Shown here: positions 42,600 to 56,755 of the stretch, in pieces
Position numbering within the stretch: position 1 is the first letter of the stretch
How the letters are laid out: each line of letters starts with the position of its first letter
Assembly (NCBI RefSeq): GCF_009914755.1
Contig: NC_060936.1
DNA: 64,000 nucleotides
From: the human T2T-CHM13v2.0 reference genome, Homo sapiens
Strand: one strand, 5' to 3'
Made by a program: the position numbers and the translations under genes
Notes under the pieces: generated by a model
Seen by the model: only the letters and a program-made list of their open reading frames with translations
Database searches by the model: none
What the model was told of the DNA's origin: nothing

Positions 42600-43740
42600 C
42601 AGCACAGTCTAAAATTCATCCTAGAGCAGTCTCAGAATCTGGAACAACAAAAATGGTGAAAGCAGGGTAGAGCAGATTTAAGGAAATATAGCAAGAATGG
42701 GAAATGGGGATTAAGTGAAAATCATCTTATTGAAAACTGTCGTTGCCATCTCCTTTGAACTCTGAAACACTGACAGCTAGGTTCACATGGAAAGCAGAAA
42801 TTGGATCATTATTCTCTTGATACGCTGAGAACCACAAGAGAAATAGCCATAGGTCCTGAAATTTGGTCTCCCAAATAGCTACAAAGACAGCTTGACCGAT
42901 AGTCACTGGATAGTGAAACTCACTGGGTGAAATGCCCTGTTCCTACACACTGAAATTTCAGTTGCATGTTTGAGAGTTAAATATGAATGGCCAACCCATT
43001 GGCAGTTGAACAAAAGTGCTAATATAAGGGGCAAAATGACAACCAAAAAAAAAAAAAAAAGTAGAAAAAAGAGGCAAAGTAATAAGAGAGGAAAACATCA
43101 CAAAATCTATTACTATATTTAGAGAAATAAAAGAATATAATTCTGCTTTTAAAAAAATAAAGATTATTTAGAGAACAAGAATATGTTCTTACAAAAATCA
43201 AGAATCTGGTAGCAAAATTAAATACACATATTTTTGGATATTTATATGCAATATACTTTTATATATACATATATGTATGCAGTAGAAAAAAAAAAGTTCG
43301 AGAAATTTCCCAGAAAGTAACACTAAAAGGAAAATTCATGGATATTAAGAGATAAGAAATGTTTAAGGACAATCATGAAAGTTAAATATCTGAATGCTAG
43401 GAAATCCAGAATAAGAAAACAGAGAAATTGAAGGGTCAGGCATGAAGAAGGAAAGATGCATTAATTATCAAGTAGGTAGTAAAAGAAAATTTCCCAGAAC
43501 TGTGAAATATTAGTTTCTCAATTAAAAGACTCCATAGATAGCACATGAATTAAAACAACAACAACAACAACAACACACACACACACACAAATCATGGCAC
43601 TTCATTATGTCATATTAGAAGACCAGAGATAAAGAGATGGTCTGAAAAACTTAACAAAAAGTTAAGAAGAGGGAAAAAAAGACACATGCAAAGTATCAGG
43701 AAATGGAATCGAAGGGGATGATGGCTTTTCTAAAATAATG
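42600..43740 (+). mobile_element. Ancient L1M/HAL1 ORF1-like relic
   Basis: A-rich; aagaaaatttcccagaactg..agtttctcaattaaaagactcca..gaccagagataaagag. Confidence 0.55.
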
Positions 43741-44249
43741 TTAGCATTGCTTACATTTTAAACTGTAATCCTGATTGTCTTCAAATTAAATTTAAAGGTA
43801 TGCATGGAATTTGCCAAATATCACAAAAGTAAATAATGACATGGTGGGATTCTGATCCAGATCTACTAACACCAATTTCCACCTTCTTCAATAGAGTTCA
43901 ATATAGTTAGAGTTGGTGCAGAATAAACACAAATAAAGGAATGATTAAAGAAAAACTTTTTGAAAGTCAGTGTTGTGCTTGGTTTTCAAAATGATGAATC
44001 TGAATTGCTTGATAAAAGTAGAGAAAAACATTTACAGTTAATTAAATGATCACATGCTATTAAGCCTAGGAAAACTAGCTTTATTAAGGTGGAAAGAGTT
44101 TATTTGATAGGGTGTCTACAGTGTTTATAATACAGTTTACCAGGTACTTCATTCTCTTCTCTTTTCCTTTCATCTAGTAAAGACACCATTCTTCTTTCCA
44201 CCCTGACTCCAAATGACCCAAGCTTGGCCAATTCTAATATCTTTCTCCC

Positions 44250-44608
44250 GTGGCTATAGTGATGATAGGCGCATGATACAAGGAAGACAAACCAGATCTT
44301 TACCCTGATATTTATAAAACTGGACATGTGACAGAGAAGGTCCTTTTTTCTAAAGTCATGAAACTGTTAGAATAAGAGCCCAGAGCTGCTAAGCACCATG
44401 TCTTTCACTATGTGAGGCAAAGTGGGAGAAAGGAAAAAAACAATGAGAGTAGAGTTTCAATAGCATTTTGAAAGCCACAATTCAACCTTGTATAATGCCA
44501 GCTTACTGATGTCTTTCCAGTGATTTGTTTGTATGAGACAATAAATTTAGCTTAAGTGAGTTGGGTTGACCTTCTATCACTGAACTTTAGAATCTTGGCT
44601 AAATCACA
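44250..44608 (+). mobile_element. Old MaLR LTR fragment (MLT1J/K-like)
   Basis: cagagctgct..ccatgtctt..tgagacaataaatt..gcttaag..ttctatcact. Confidence 0.5.
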
Positions 44609-45089
44609 AGAAGTATTTGAAGGGTTATAGGGTACAAGGGAGAAAGTTAGTTGAGTAAATTTTGATGAAAAACTAAAGAGTGATTATTAGTTATAATAAC
44701 TAATGGGGGGCAGTTCAGATTGTAGACTTGTTTAAAGTGATAAAACGGTTTTTAACAAAGTCACTTTTTCTATATCATTAAGAAGATGATATTGGGTGAC
44801 AAAAAGGCTAGCAATAAAAAACAAGCCAAAATACAACTGTAAGAGTTCACTCATGATAAAGGATGAGTCTACCCTATAAAAATGGATGAATGTAAATTCT
44901 TTCTTATAGTTGTGCTTTTTGTTCATTTTAATTACTTGGATTTCTGCAAGCTGATAGTATTTAAAGGCCAAAATTTTTGATATTTATTTCACAGAATAGG
45001 TGAGAAAATAAAAACAATTTTTGAAAAGTTATAGCCAAAAAAAAACCAAACAAACTGTGTAGAGTTCATAAAGTGTTCTAAAACCTCTT

Positions 45090-45300
45090 TAATGCTAATT
45101 ATGTTCCAGGCATTATATATAGCACTGCATCATCTATTTAACACAACTCTAAAAGGCTCTTTTTATTGGGTCCATTTTTCAGATGAGGAAACCAAAATTC
45201 AGAGAGTTTAATGACTTGCCTGTGATTACACAGTCAGTAGGTAGAAACGGATTCCAACCAAAGCCTACGTAACTCCCAAATTCATCCTTTTCATAATGCT
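45090..45300 (-). mobile_element. MIR
   Basis: ccatttttcagatgaggaaacc..cagagagtttaatgacttgcc. Confidence 0.75.
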
Positions 45301-45816
45301 CCACTGCCAAATGGAAATGCATATCAAGTTTCATAGGTATAATTACCATGCTCTCACAAAAGAATATGTAAATTTACAATAGTAGAGTAGAATTTTCATA
45401 GATAAGAACTTTTATGTTCTGTTTCAATTTAGATACTGAATCTAAGGTTCTTTGAGAGCAGGACATGGCTTATACCTTTTGTCGTTATGTTGACTGCCCA
45501 AACAAAATTCACTCAATGCATTTTCTTTTTATTCTTAGAATCATATTAACATGATTCTTTATATATGAATTTCAATTTGCAACACTCTTAAACCTAATTT
45601 ATTCTAACTGAATAAAAGTAATTTCTGATTAATAAATTTCATAGTTGATATATGTCATTGAGTTTTCCTTTCCAACTATATAGTTAAGTGTGACTTTCTG
45701 TTTTCTCAGTTTCAGCCAAGGCCCCAAGAGGCTAGACAAAACAATAGGTGTCAAGTTCCTACCATGATAAAGAAGGTTGAGAGGCCACCTAAAGAAGACT
45801 TAGAGGTCCTCTAGAC

Positions 45817-46030
45817 CTGCACCGTGTAATACTGTAGTCACTGGTCACACGCATCCATTTAAGTTCAAATGTAAAAGCATTAAAATGAAGTAAAATTAAA
45901 AATTAAGTCCTCCAATTGTACTAGTCACATCTGAAGTGCACAATAGTCATGTTTGACTAATGTTTCTCATATTGAACAGTGTAATATAGAATATTTCCTT
46001 CATTGTAGAAAGTTCTGTTGGACAGCATTG
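45817..46030. mobile_element. MER3 hAT-Charlie transposon
   Basis: ~210 bp; ends gaaagttctgttggacagcattg; degenerate TSD ctctagac/atctaaac. Confidence 0.75.
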
Positions 46031-47289
46031 ATCTAAACAATGTGAAAAACACTTATAATGGAGTAGTTAAAAAACTGCCCCTTCAGCATTAACCTATAAC
46101 TTATCCTTATTCCTATAAGAAATGCCCAAGAAAATGTGATTAGACATTGATATCTAACCCATTCCTCCAAAAAATATTTAAAGCCCTAATTTGTATCATT
46201 TTCTAATTTCCATGATATAAGTATTTCCAACGTATGGTTTCAAGCTACCGTGATAAAGCCACTGAATACAGCGTTGGGAATTGACTCTACCAGCTCTTCC
46301 GAGCCCTTCATATAAGCTTCATCTCCATAATAAACATTGCCTTTTACCAATTAAACCACAAAGCATGCTGGAAGAAAAAAAACCGGCATCCAACATGAAG
46401 GCCTGATACTAAGTTACAACTGAACCCGTCACATCTGGCCTTTTTGCCCCTGTACCACTTCTCTGCTCTCCTGTACTTGACACTGCAGAGATCAGAAATA
46501 TGAGGTAAGAAATGTAAATACAGAGCAAAATATGAGGTAAGAACTGCCAGAGAATTAGATAAAAAGCATATCAAGTGAAAAAATATTGTCAACCCTGCAT
46601 TTTCTCCCCCAGTATAGCATGTGACAGATGTAAACTGAAGTAGGAGAGAAGTTTTCCATTAGATAATGGTGTGTATTTTTATAGAGAATGACCTGGTTTT
46701 TTTGCTATTTGAAAATTTTCTAAAAGCTGTGGAATCTATCCAACTTCATTAGGAAAAAGAAAAAACATCTTCAGATAAAATTCAAAAAGTAGAGGTGAAA
46801 AAAAATACAGCTGCATTCTGCCTGTACCTAACCTAGTCTAACTAGTTCAATAAATTGGTTCTATAAGTAATATAGAAAGTCAAACAAGAATGAATGCCTA
46901 GAAGAAATTTAATCCTAAATATAATTTTAATAAAGTGAAGTTATTATCATGACTAATCCCAACCTTATCTGGGCTACCCTCTGCTGTTGCAATCACTTTG
47001 TCAGAATTAGTCACTTCCTCTCACCCCCAAGAAAAGTTATTTTTCCAATTAAGCTCTTAGTACAGTCTTCCTTGGGTTTCCTCTAGACTGCCTAATCTCC
47101 TCTACTGTTAATTGTTGGGGGTTGGAATCATGGGGTGTTTATTTTTGTATCCTTGCCATGCTTAAAATGAGATACAGTTTTTCACCTGTATATAGTTGTG
47201 TACTGCAGTGTCTGTGGGAAACATTTGATCCCTTTAGTAGTTTAAGAAGATTCTTTATACTAGGTATGAAATTGGTTTGCACAAGTTAT

Positions 47290-47601
47290 TCATTTATTTG
47301 TTTTTTTGAGACAGTGTCTCACTCTGTTTCCCAGGCTGAGGGGCAATGGTGTGAACTTGGCTTACTGCAGCCTCGACCTCCCAGGCTCAAGCAATCCTCC
47401 CACCTCAGTCTTCTGAGTAGCTGGGACTACAGGCACATGATACCATGCCTGGCTAATTTTTATTTATTTATTTTTTTTTTTGGTAGAGATAGAGTTTTGC
47501 TATAATGCTAGGCCTGGTCTTGAAATCCTGGGCTGAAGCAATCCTCCCACCTTGGCCTCACAAAGTGCTGGGATTACAGATGTGAGCCATCACACCTGGC
47601 C
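47290..47601 (-). mobile_element. AluJ-like SINE
   Basis: gcagcctcgacctcccaggctcaagcaatcctcccac; degenerate TSD cacaagt.att. Confidence 0.9.
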
Positions 47602-48825
47602 TACACAAGTCATTTTATATTGACATGTAAATGTCAGTTTAATTCCAATTTGGGTGAATAAAATAATAAATTCTACTCAATAAAAATAAAAATAAATTAC
47701 ATTTTATTATCCAGTGGGGAGGATTCATAGCCCACACAAATCTAGTAAGCCAACAGAAGTTGGAAAGAGCATAAATGTTAGGCACAATGAATCTTCCAAC
47801 AGCACAAAATTATTTGTCAATTCTTGAGGAATGTTTTTCCTCAGAATTTTATACAATAAAAAGGATAACTTCTTAACTGCATGTGTGAAATTGTTTAGTA
47901 AAATACGTAGAGATTGTCAAATATCATAATTTATGTAAATTAACATAATATATGAAATTACTATTTTGTGGTAACAAAGAAGAACACCACTAATTTTCAA
48001 TTCCACTAGAACAAAGTCTGTTAGCTCTTATTCACATTCATTCTACGGTTTCAAATCTATGAATCATTTTACTTGCCTAAAGGGGCTTATGTTTGATCGT
48101 ATCTATTTTGAACTAATTTATGCTCTTGATTCACCTCCTTCTGAGACTTGCTACATGCACAGCTCTCCACATCTCAATTGGTAGTAACAGTATCAATTTA
48201 CATAGTTGTTCTGGGCCAAAACCTTAACATCATCCACAACCCCACTCATTTTCTCATATTTCACATCCAGGAAGTCCTGCTGACTCAACCACCAAAAATA
48301 TATATGGATTCTAACTTTTCTCCTTGGTCCAAATTAACATCTGAAATAGCTATAAAACTGGTATCCTTGTTTTTACCTTGCCCCTTTATTATTCTTGTCT
48401 TTTATAGTGAATACTACTTTCTTACATGAAATATTAAAGTATATTTATTTTTCAATGACTATCTCCTCTACTATAACATAAGCCCTGCTAGGGCAGAGAT
48501 TTCTCATATATGTGTGTGTACATATATATTTGCATATAACATACAAAAATGAATTTGTTGAGCAAAAAAATGAACATTTGTTAGGACAAGCATTTATTCA
48601 CTGCTTAAATATTTGTTGAAGATATCCATGTATATATCTATCTATAGATATATATAAAATATATTTTAAAATATATGTATGTATAGACATAAATATTTGT
48701 GCATATATGTCTGTATAATTATATATACACATACACTCAGCTACACATATAATGTATATGTGTATATTATTTGCATAGAAAGTTACTTTTGGTAGAATAT
48801 TATAAATATATTTATTTTAGATTTT

Positions 48826-49418
48826 TTAATTTTTTTATTATGCTTTAGGTTCTGGGATACATGTGCAGAATGTGCAGGTTTGTTACATAGGTATACACCT
48901 GCCATGGCGGTTTGCTGCACCCATCAACCTGTTATCTACATTAGGTATCTCTCCCAGTGCTATCCTTCCCTTATCTCCCCACCCTCAGACAGGCCCTGAT
49001 GTGTGATATTCCTCTCCCTGTGTCCATGTGTTCTCATTGTTCAACTCCCACTTATGGGTGAGAACATGCAGTGTTTGGTTTTCTGTTCTTCTGTTAGTGT
49101 GCTGAGAATGATGGTTTCTAGCTTAATCCATGTCCCTGCGAAGGACATGAACTCATCCTTTTTTATGGCTGCATAGTATTCCTTGGTGTATATGTGCCAC
49201 ATTTTCTTTATCCAGTCTATCATCGATGGGCATTTGGGTTGGTTCCAAATCTTTGCTATTGTGAACAGTGCCACAATAAACATACATGTGCATGTATCTT
49301 TATAGTAGAATGATTTACAATCCTTTGGGTATATACCCAGTAATGGATTGCTGGGTCAAATGGTATTTCCGGTTCTAGATCCTTGAGGAATTGCCACACT
49401 GTCTTCCACAATGGTTGA
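48826..49418 (-). mobile_element. 5'-truncated L1PA (approx. L1PA7-8), ~590 bp
   Basis: ORF2 C-terminus (MFIVALFTIAKIWNQPKCPSMIDWIKK...); perfect TSD aaatatatttattttagatttt at 48804-48825 and 49419-49440. Confidence 0.95.
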
Positions 49419-50594
49419 AAATATATTTATTTTAGATTTTATTAAATATAATATTTGATCCTTCAAAATTTCATCCTATAAAAAAATTATGACAACATGA
49501 ATCTAGAAGTTTTACATCAATACTTTGAATGAAGACTGTAGAAAAGCAATACCTCAAAGGGACTATGGGAGTAATAGAGCTTGGCTTTTGTCATTTATGG
49601 ATATATCCACTGAAAGCAGCATGTTGCTTATGTTATTTAACAGGAAAATGACTAAACTAATTCCTTCATTCAAAAACATATATTTAATATGTACTTTGTG
49701 TATGAAATTGTGCAGTTTTCATGCACCTTTGAGCCTTTGGGTGCACATGAAAATGAATGAGACACAGATTTTGTTGTTAATCTTGATGTAATGAATAGTA
49801 GAATTTTATTTAATATAAAAATAGTCATAATGTGATTATTACCATACCAGGAGCACACACATAGTATTACATACACTCGAAGAAAGAAGAGATAAATATG
49901 GAATAAAATTTGTGTTTTTATTTCTTTTTTAATGACATTGAAATGAAGGGAAGACATTTTTAAAATTGAAAAATTTCCCTTCCCTCTTTGAGATGAAATA
50001 TCTATAAAACTTTACTAAAAGTTCACATAACAATTAAAGACATTTTGGATTTATTATTTTTTTAATTTCAGAACTTATTAGACTTTGAAATGGGTGATGG
50101 TTAATTTATAACATGAAAAATTACAAGAGCTATGCTTTTATAGAACATGTAATGTGGCAAATTTCAGCAAAAACATCCAAGCTGGGGGCTAATTAAGTAG
50201 ATATCAAAAGAGCCACCCATATGAAAAGAATCTTAAATACCTCTGAAATTAAGGGAACTTATGTGTGTGATTAAATGGGGAAATAATTATCCCATTCCTA
50301 AATTATAGAATGAAGAATAAAAATTCATGTTACAGAAAGCAACAATCTCACGTAGCATTTACAACTAACTGTGAATGACACATTGAAAATGTATTTGCCT
50401 TTTTGAAAAGCAGTGTAATTTCTTAGGATCAAAATTTGTAGTTGATACATTTAGCAATTTCTGGATATAAAATTCATTCATTTGTTCCTTAGGATATCTA
50501 TCTCTAATAGGAAAAGGAACAGACATTCTTAAGATACTATACTTTTCTTTCAACAATGAAAATATCTCACAAATGCCTTAATTAAAAATAATTT

Positions 50595-50893
50595 GGCCAG
50601 GCACAGTGGCTCACACCTGTAATCCTAGCATTTTGAGAGGCCAAGGTGGGCAGATCATTTGAGGTCAGGAATTTGAGAACAGCCTGACCAACATGGTGAA
50701 ACCCTGTCTGTACTAAAAATACAAAAAAATTAGCTGGGCATGGTGACACACGCTCGTAATCCCAGCTACTGAGGAGGCTGAGACATGAGAATCGCTTGAA
50801 CCTGGGAGGAGAAGGTTGCAGTCAGCAGAGATCACGCCACTTCACTCCAGCCTGGGCGACAGAGTGAGACTCCGTCTCAAAAAAAAAAAAAAA
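50595..50893 (+). mobile_element. AluSx/Sz-like SINE
   Basis: Full dimer plus A tail. Confidence 0.93.
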
Positions 50894-51070
50894 TTATCCT
50901 TAGTTTGTTTTGTTTTGTTTGTTTGTTTCTTTTCCTATTGTCATAGAATATAATCCACTCCCTGGTATTTATTCTTTTTTAAATTTTTGCCATTTTACCT
51001 CCAACCTCCTTCATAAACTTTCCTGACTTTACTAAACATATTACATCCCTCTTTTTAAAAATTCAGTTTA

Positions 51071-51194
51071 GGCTGGGAGCGGTGGCTCACGCCTGTAATC
51101 CTAGCACTTTGGGAGGCTGAGGTGGGCAGATCACGAGATCAGGAGATCGAGACCATCCTGGCTAACACGGTGAAACCCCATCTCTACTAAAAAT
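51071..51194 (+). mobile_element. AluY-like left monomer only
   Basis: gagatcgagaccatcctggctaacacgg; TSD aaaaattcagttt at 51057-51069 and 51195-51207. Confidence 0.92.
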
Positions 51195-51294
51195 AAAAAT
51201 TCAGTTTGTATTCTGCTGCATATGTATACATTCACAGGCATTCAGATTTGGGAGAATGAAATCTCTTGCCATTGTACCTGTCATCTATAAAATC

Positions 51295-51483
51295 CAGTGG
51301 TGTGCTAGCAAATTGGCTCTCCCAATTAAAAAAAAAAATCCTGATTTGGAGTATTTGCCGGCTTCTCTAGTGTATATTCACCCACCCCTTGGTGATTTTA
51401 AGCAACCAAACCAACTGAAAAAATTCTTGATTATTTAATAATCAGCTTTCATAACCACTATAAACTGACTCAAACACATGTTG
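51295..51483. mobile_element. MER63-like hAT-Blackjack transposon
   Basis: cagtggtgtgct..cctgatttg..tttgcc..gattttaagc.acc. Confidence 0.65.
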
Positions 51484-51521
51484 AGTCAGATATACTCATG
51501 ATGAGTATCCAGATACATTTA

Positions 51522-51974
<453 letters not shown>

Positions 51975-52099
51975 TCAAAAGCTATACAATGTAAATAGAA
52001 ATTATTTGCCAATGTCATTGAAAGACTTTAAGGTGGCTAGTATGCATGTCTTCTTTCCCAGATTAAGCACAATTTTTTCCAACTGCTCCTCATATCCCA

Positions 52100-52570
52100 T
52101 GGTTTCCATAGTCCTTAGCAACTGATTCTATTCCTGGGTATGAAAATTAACAGTCATCAGGGTTCAGAAATTAACACCTGGTTCCAGATGTGGTCTGGGT
52201 AGAGCAAAGTGCCAGAGAATTAATGCTTTGCTTTCCCTGTCACTTTAATTTTGCTAATGCAATGTACGGATTCGTTAGAAATTTTGGCTGCCACATCACT
52301 CAGTTTACAGTGAAATTGTAAAGCCAACTTATCCACCCAGACCTCTTGGTTTTTTTCAAACCCAAAATGCAGTTCAGCCAGTTTTTCATCATCTTTTATT
52401 TGTCCAACTAATTTCTGAAGCTAGGTGTAGGAACTGTGTTTAATACCTCATGTATTTCATACCATTAGTTAGACTCTTCATTTCAAACAATATGAATGAA
52501 TTCATAATCAATCAACCTCTCCCATCACTGTGGTATTATAGTATTCTCAGATACAAAATATGCCTTCTTC
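52100..52570 (-). mobile_element. L3/CR1 LINE relic
   Basis: ttccagatgtggtctg..gctaatgca..ttttggctgccacatcac..cccagacctc follows antisense CR1 RT. Confidence 0.6.
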
Positions 52571-54004
52571 CTTTTTTATGCAAAGGAAAAATAACCTCAA
52601 ATGATAAGGATAACAAGAAGAAACAAAGAGCCTATCGGTAGCAGCATATGGGAAAAACCTGTGCTTTAGATCTTTAGATCTCTTTTTTTTTTCATTGTGA
52701 GATGTTCTCTTTTTCTCCTCAGCCATCCATCATTCTGAAATGATGGGGTGTATCCCAGAAAACACATTTTTTTACACCATCTGCATTGACTCAATTCCAA
52801 ATACTTCTTTGTCTCCAACGTAGATTTTTCAGTTAGATCAAGGGATGATAACTTCACCTGTACAATGCAACTTCCCTGCCCCAAATCCTTTTGCCTTCAA
52901 CCTTAGATTTCAAAGTAACTAAAGATGTAATTCAAGTTCCTTCCTGAGCTATTGCTCATTTTCTCATGAATCAGCAAAAGAAGGAAGCAGCTTGAGCTTC
53001 TCGTAGGTTCTGGCAGATTCCTCTTTATCTCAGATAAGAATTTCTTGGAAGACAGTACTCTTCCCTATTAACTATGGGAAGTGTTTATATAACTAACTCT
53101 GTATACCTCAAGAGAAAATCACTAGTGCTTACTGTATGTCTTTTTTTCAGGGTATAATACTGATTTGTTTCCACCAGTTTGCACTTTCTACTTATTTTGC
53201 ACATGGTAATGTAAATCAATACCTGTAACAGCTGACATTGTCATATACTTTGGTGTGTGGTAAGCTTTTCTCCTTTACTCCTTAAAATCAAGATCTGTTT
53301 TAAATATTTTATGTCTCTTACAGAACTGAATTTAACTAGTTTTTGTTAATATGCTTACATATATATCTTAAGTGAGAATTTTTTCAATGGGCTAACTAAT
53401 AGAGTAACATGATAGAGTTACATCTCAAACCTGGGCTCCAAACAAACCTCTTCTAGGAAACCTCTCTTATTAACTATACCTGACCATAGTCAATCTTTTT
53501 GATGAGTTCTTGTAAGCACTAAGATGCTCGCTGTAAAGCACTCTGAATTAAACTTATTAATATGTTGCAGATATGTTAGTGCTTAATATTTTCCAATCTT
53601 TGTTTCTTACCTCCCCCACTACATGATAACTTCTCATTGGGCAGAGGCTTTGCCAATCTTTTAACTCTCTTCTCAGAGCCCTTCAGGTCCTGAAACTGTT
53701 TAAAACGGGTTGTGAAGCATCTGGCTGCCCTCCGTCTTTCCAGGTTCAACAACCGATATGCAGCTCTTCACACTCTAGGCTCCCGGGTTGCTCCATAGTT
53801 TCCAGAAGATATTCCACCCCTGGTATGCTTCTGTTCCTTCCTGGAATGACTGATATTTCTACCATTCTTGAGAAAATTTATTCCTTTTCTGTCAGGTTCA
53901 GCTCAAGGATTGCTTTCTAATGAAATCCATCCTGTGCCCATAACCTCTGTGTCTCTCTTTTCTACTGAACTATCTTTCCTGTATGGGTTTCTGTAAAGGG
54001 TAAT

Positions 54005-54200
54005 TAATAGGACACACACTTTTGAGTCACAGAGACCTTGGCATGAATCCAATTCTACCACTTCTAAGATGTGTGATTTCTCTCAAGTTATTTAACAATT
54101 CTAATCCCTTTTCTAGGGTAGTTTTGAGGTTTAAATGAGTGATTCATGTAAAGTGCTTAGCAATTAGGTTGGCACAGAGTAAGCCCTTAATAAGTGGCAG
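54005..54200 (+). mobile_element. MIR
   Basis: tttgagtc..gaatccaattctaccactt..catgtaaagtgcttagc. Confidence 0.7.
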
Positions 54201-55274
54201 CTCTTTTGAACTGTAAGGTTCTGGAGACCAGGTCATCTTCGAAATCAAGAGTCTGCTTCTTCATAAGTGCTTGGTAAGTGTTTATAGAATTATTGCAATG
54301 AATACTTCTACTTCTACCACAGGGGAAGCATTGAACATTGAGACATGGATAGTCAGTCCTTGACATGCTGTAGGCCTGACTTCAGATAGGACCTTCAGAT
54401 TTTTACTAGGCTTTCAGCACATTGACTAGAATTTACGTACTGAAGAGTGGAAAAGTTAATATTAAAAATGAAAATACTAATTAAGACTACTTAAAAGTCC
54501 TCCATAATTTTCAGTGAGACTTTTTTTTATTAAACCAGTTTTCAGACACTCACCCTACCATTCATTTTTAGATCTGTGAAATGATAGAAGAGAAGCATTA
54601 TTATGCTTGTATGACAAATCTCTTGATTAAAATACATGCAAGTGCAATTTCAAAATACCATAATAAAAATCAGCCCAGTTGTTTAGAACCAAACATGGCA
54701 AGTTCATTGTCATGTATTAAATTAAACCAGGCTCAAGTTAAAAATAATAATAAAAAATAGTACTTTACTTTGGGTAATGTCTATAAGTAAAAACTGACCA
54801 GTTATATGTCATTTTGAAGGACAGAAGTACTGGCATCTAGAAGGTCAGAAGCAAACCCATTTCATTTTTACAGAGACTCTTTTAGGGCCGATCTTTAGCT
54901 TTTACTTACACATTAAATAGGCTCCTAATATTTCTTCCTAGCTTCAGTCTTGACCCACCATAATGCTCCCTTTATGACTTGAGCCAATATAATCCACCTT
55001 AAAAAAACATGGCTCTGATCACATACTACCTCCATTCGATAAATGTAAAGTGTTCTCTTTAACACTCAGTAAAATTTCAAGTCTGTGTATGGCATTTGAT
55101 ATGGTTTCCAAGCTGACCCAAGCTCTATTTAGCTCTGCTTCCCTCAATATATCCTTCAGTGGAAAGAACAATAGCAATATCAAAAACTCTACACTTGGCT
55201 TTTCCTAACACAACCCATATTGTATGAGATCTACATTCCTCCTAGAATTCTTTTCACACTTATCTCTGTTCTTT

Positions 55275-56755
55275 TGTTTGAACAGCTTTATTGAAATATA
55301 ATTGATATACAAAATCACTGCAAATGTTTAATGCATAAACTTTGATGAGTTTGAACATATGCATACCACAATTAAGATATTAAACGTATCCACTACCTCC
55401 GAAAGTTCCCTTGGGTGTGTTTGTTTGCTTGTTCTTTGTAGCAAGAACACTGAACATAAAATCTGCCCTTTTAACACATTTTAATTACATGATACCACAT
55501 TTTTAACTTAGACGCTATGTTAAACAGCGGGTCTCTAGAACTTACTCATCTTGCGTAACTGAAATTTTATTCCCATTTCCCCATCCCACCAGCCCCACAA
55601 ACCACCATTCTACCGTCTGCTTCTATGAGTTTTACTAATGTAGAGACCTCAAATAAGTGGAATCATGCAGTATTTGTCTTTCTGTGATGGTTGTACTTAA
55701 TATAATGATTTACAGATTCATCAGTGTAGATGCAAATTATAAGACTTCCTTCTTAAGTTTCAATAATATCCCATAGCTTATATATACCAAGTTTTCTTGA
55801 TCAATTTACCTGTCGATAGACATTTAGACATTTAGCCATGTACTGGCTATTGCAATTATACTGCAATAAATGTGGGAGTGGAGATATATCTTTGAAATCC
55901 TCGTTTCAGTTCTTTTGGATGTGGAACTGCTGGATCCACATTTTTTGAGAAACCTCCACACTGTTTTCCAGAGTGGCTGTACCATTTTACTATACATTCC
56001 CACCAACAGTGTCAAGAGCACCAACTTCTCCACACTCTTGCGAACACTTGCTATCTTTGTTTATTTTTTAAATGACAGCCATCCTAGCAGGTGTGAGATG
56101 ATATCTCATTGTGGTTTTAATTTGCATTTTACTGATGAATAATGATGCCAAGCATCATTTTGTATACCTTGTGAACCTTTGTATGTCTTTTTGAGAAATA
56201 TCTATTCATGTTCTTTGCCCTTTGTTTAATCAGTTCTATATTGTTTTATTGATATTTAGTTGTAGAATTTTTTTGTTTTATTCAATGTTAACCCCTTATC
56301 AGATAAATAATTTGCAAATATTTTCTCCCATTCTGTAAGTTGTCTCTTGACTTTGTTGATTGTATCTTTTATTGTTCAGAAGCCTTTTAGTTTGAAATGT
56401 CCCACTTTTTAATTTTTCTTTTGTTACCTATAATTTTGGTGTTAAATGCAAAAAAAAGTAACTGCTGAGACCAATATCTAGAAGCCTTTTCCCTGTATTT
56501 TGTTCTAGGTGTCTTGTAGTTTCATGTCTTAAATGTCAAGTCTTTAATCCATTTTGACTATTGTGTATGGTATAAGATAGGAGTCCACATTTCATTCTTT
56601 GTATGTGGATATCTAGTTTTCCTAACACTGTTTGTTAAAGACACTATCCTTTTTCCATTGTATATTCTTGCCACCTTTGTCAAAGATCTGTTGACTCTGA
56701 ATGCATGGGTTTATTTCTGAACTCTTTATTCTGTATCATTGGTCTATATGTCTGC
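55275..56755 (-). mobile_element. L1MA/L1MB 3' fragment
   Basis: cagctttattgaaatataattga 3' end; antisense ORF2 (VQPLWKTVWRFLKK). Confidence 0.85.
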
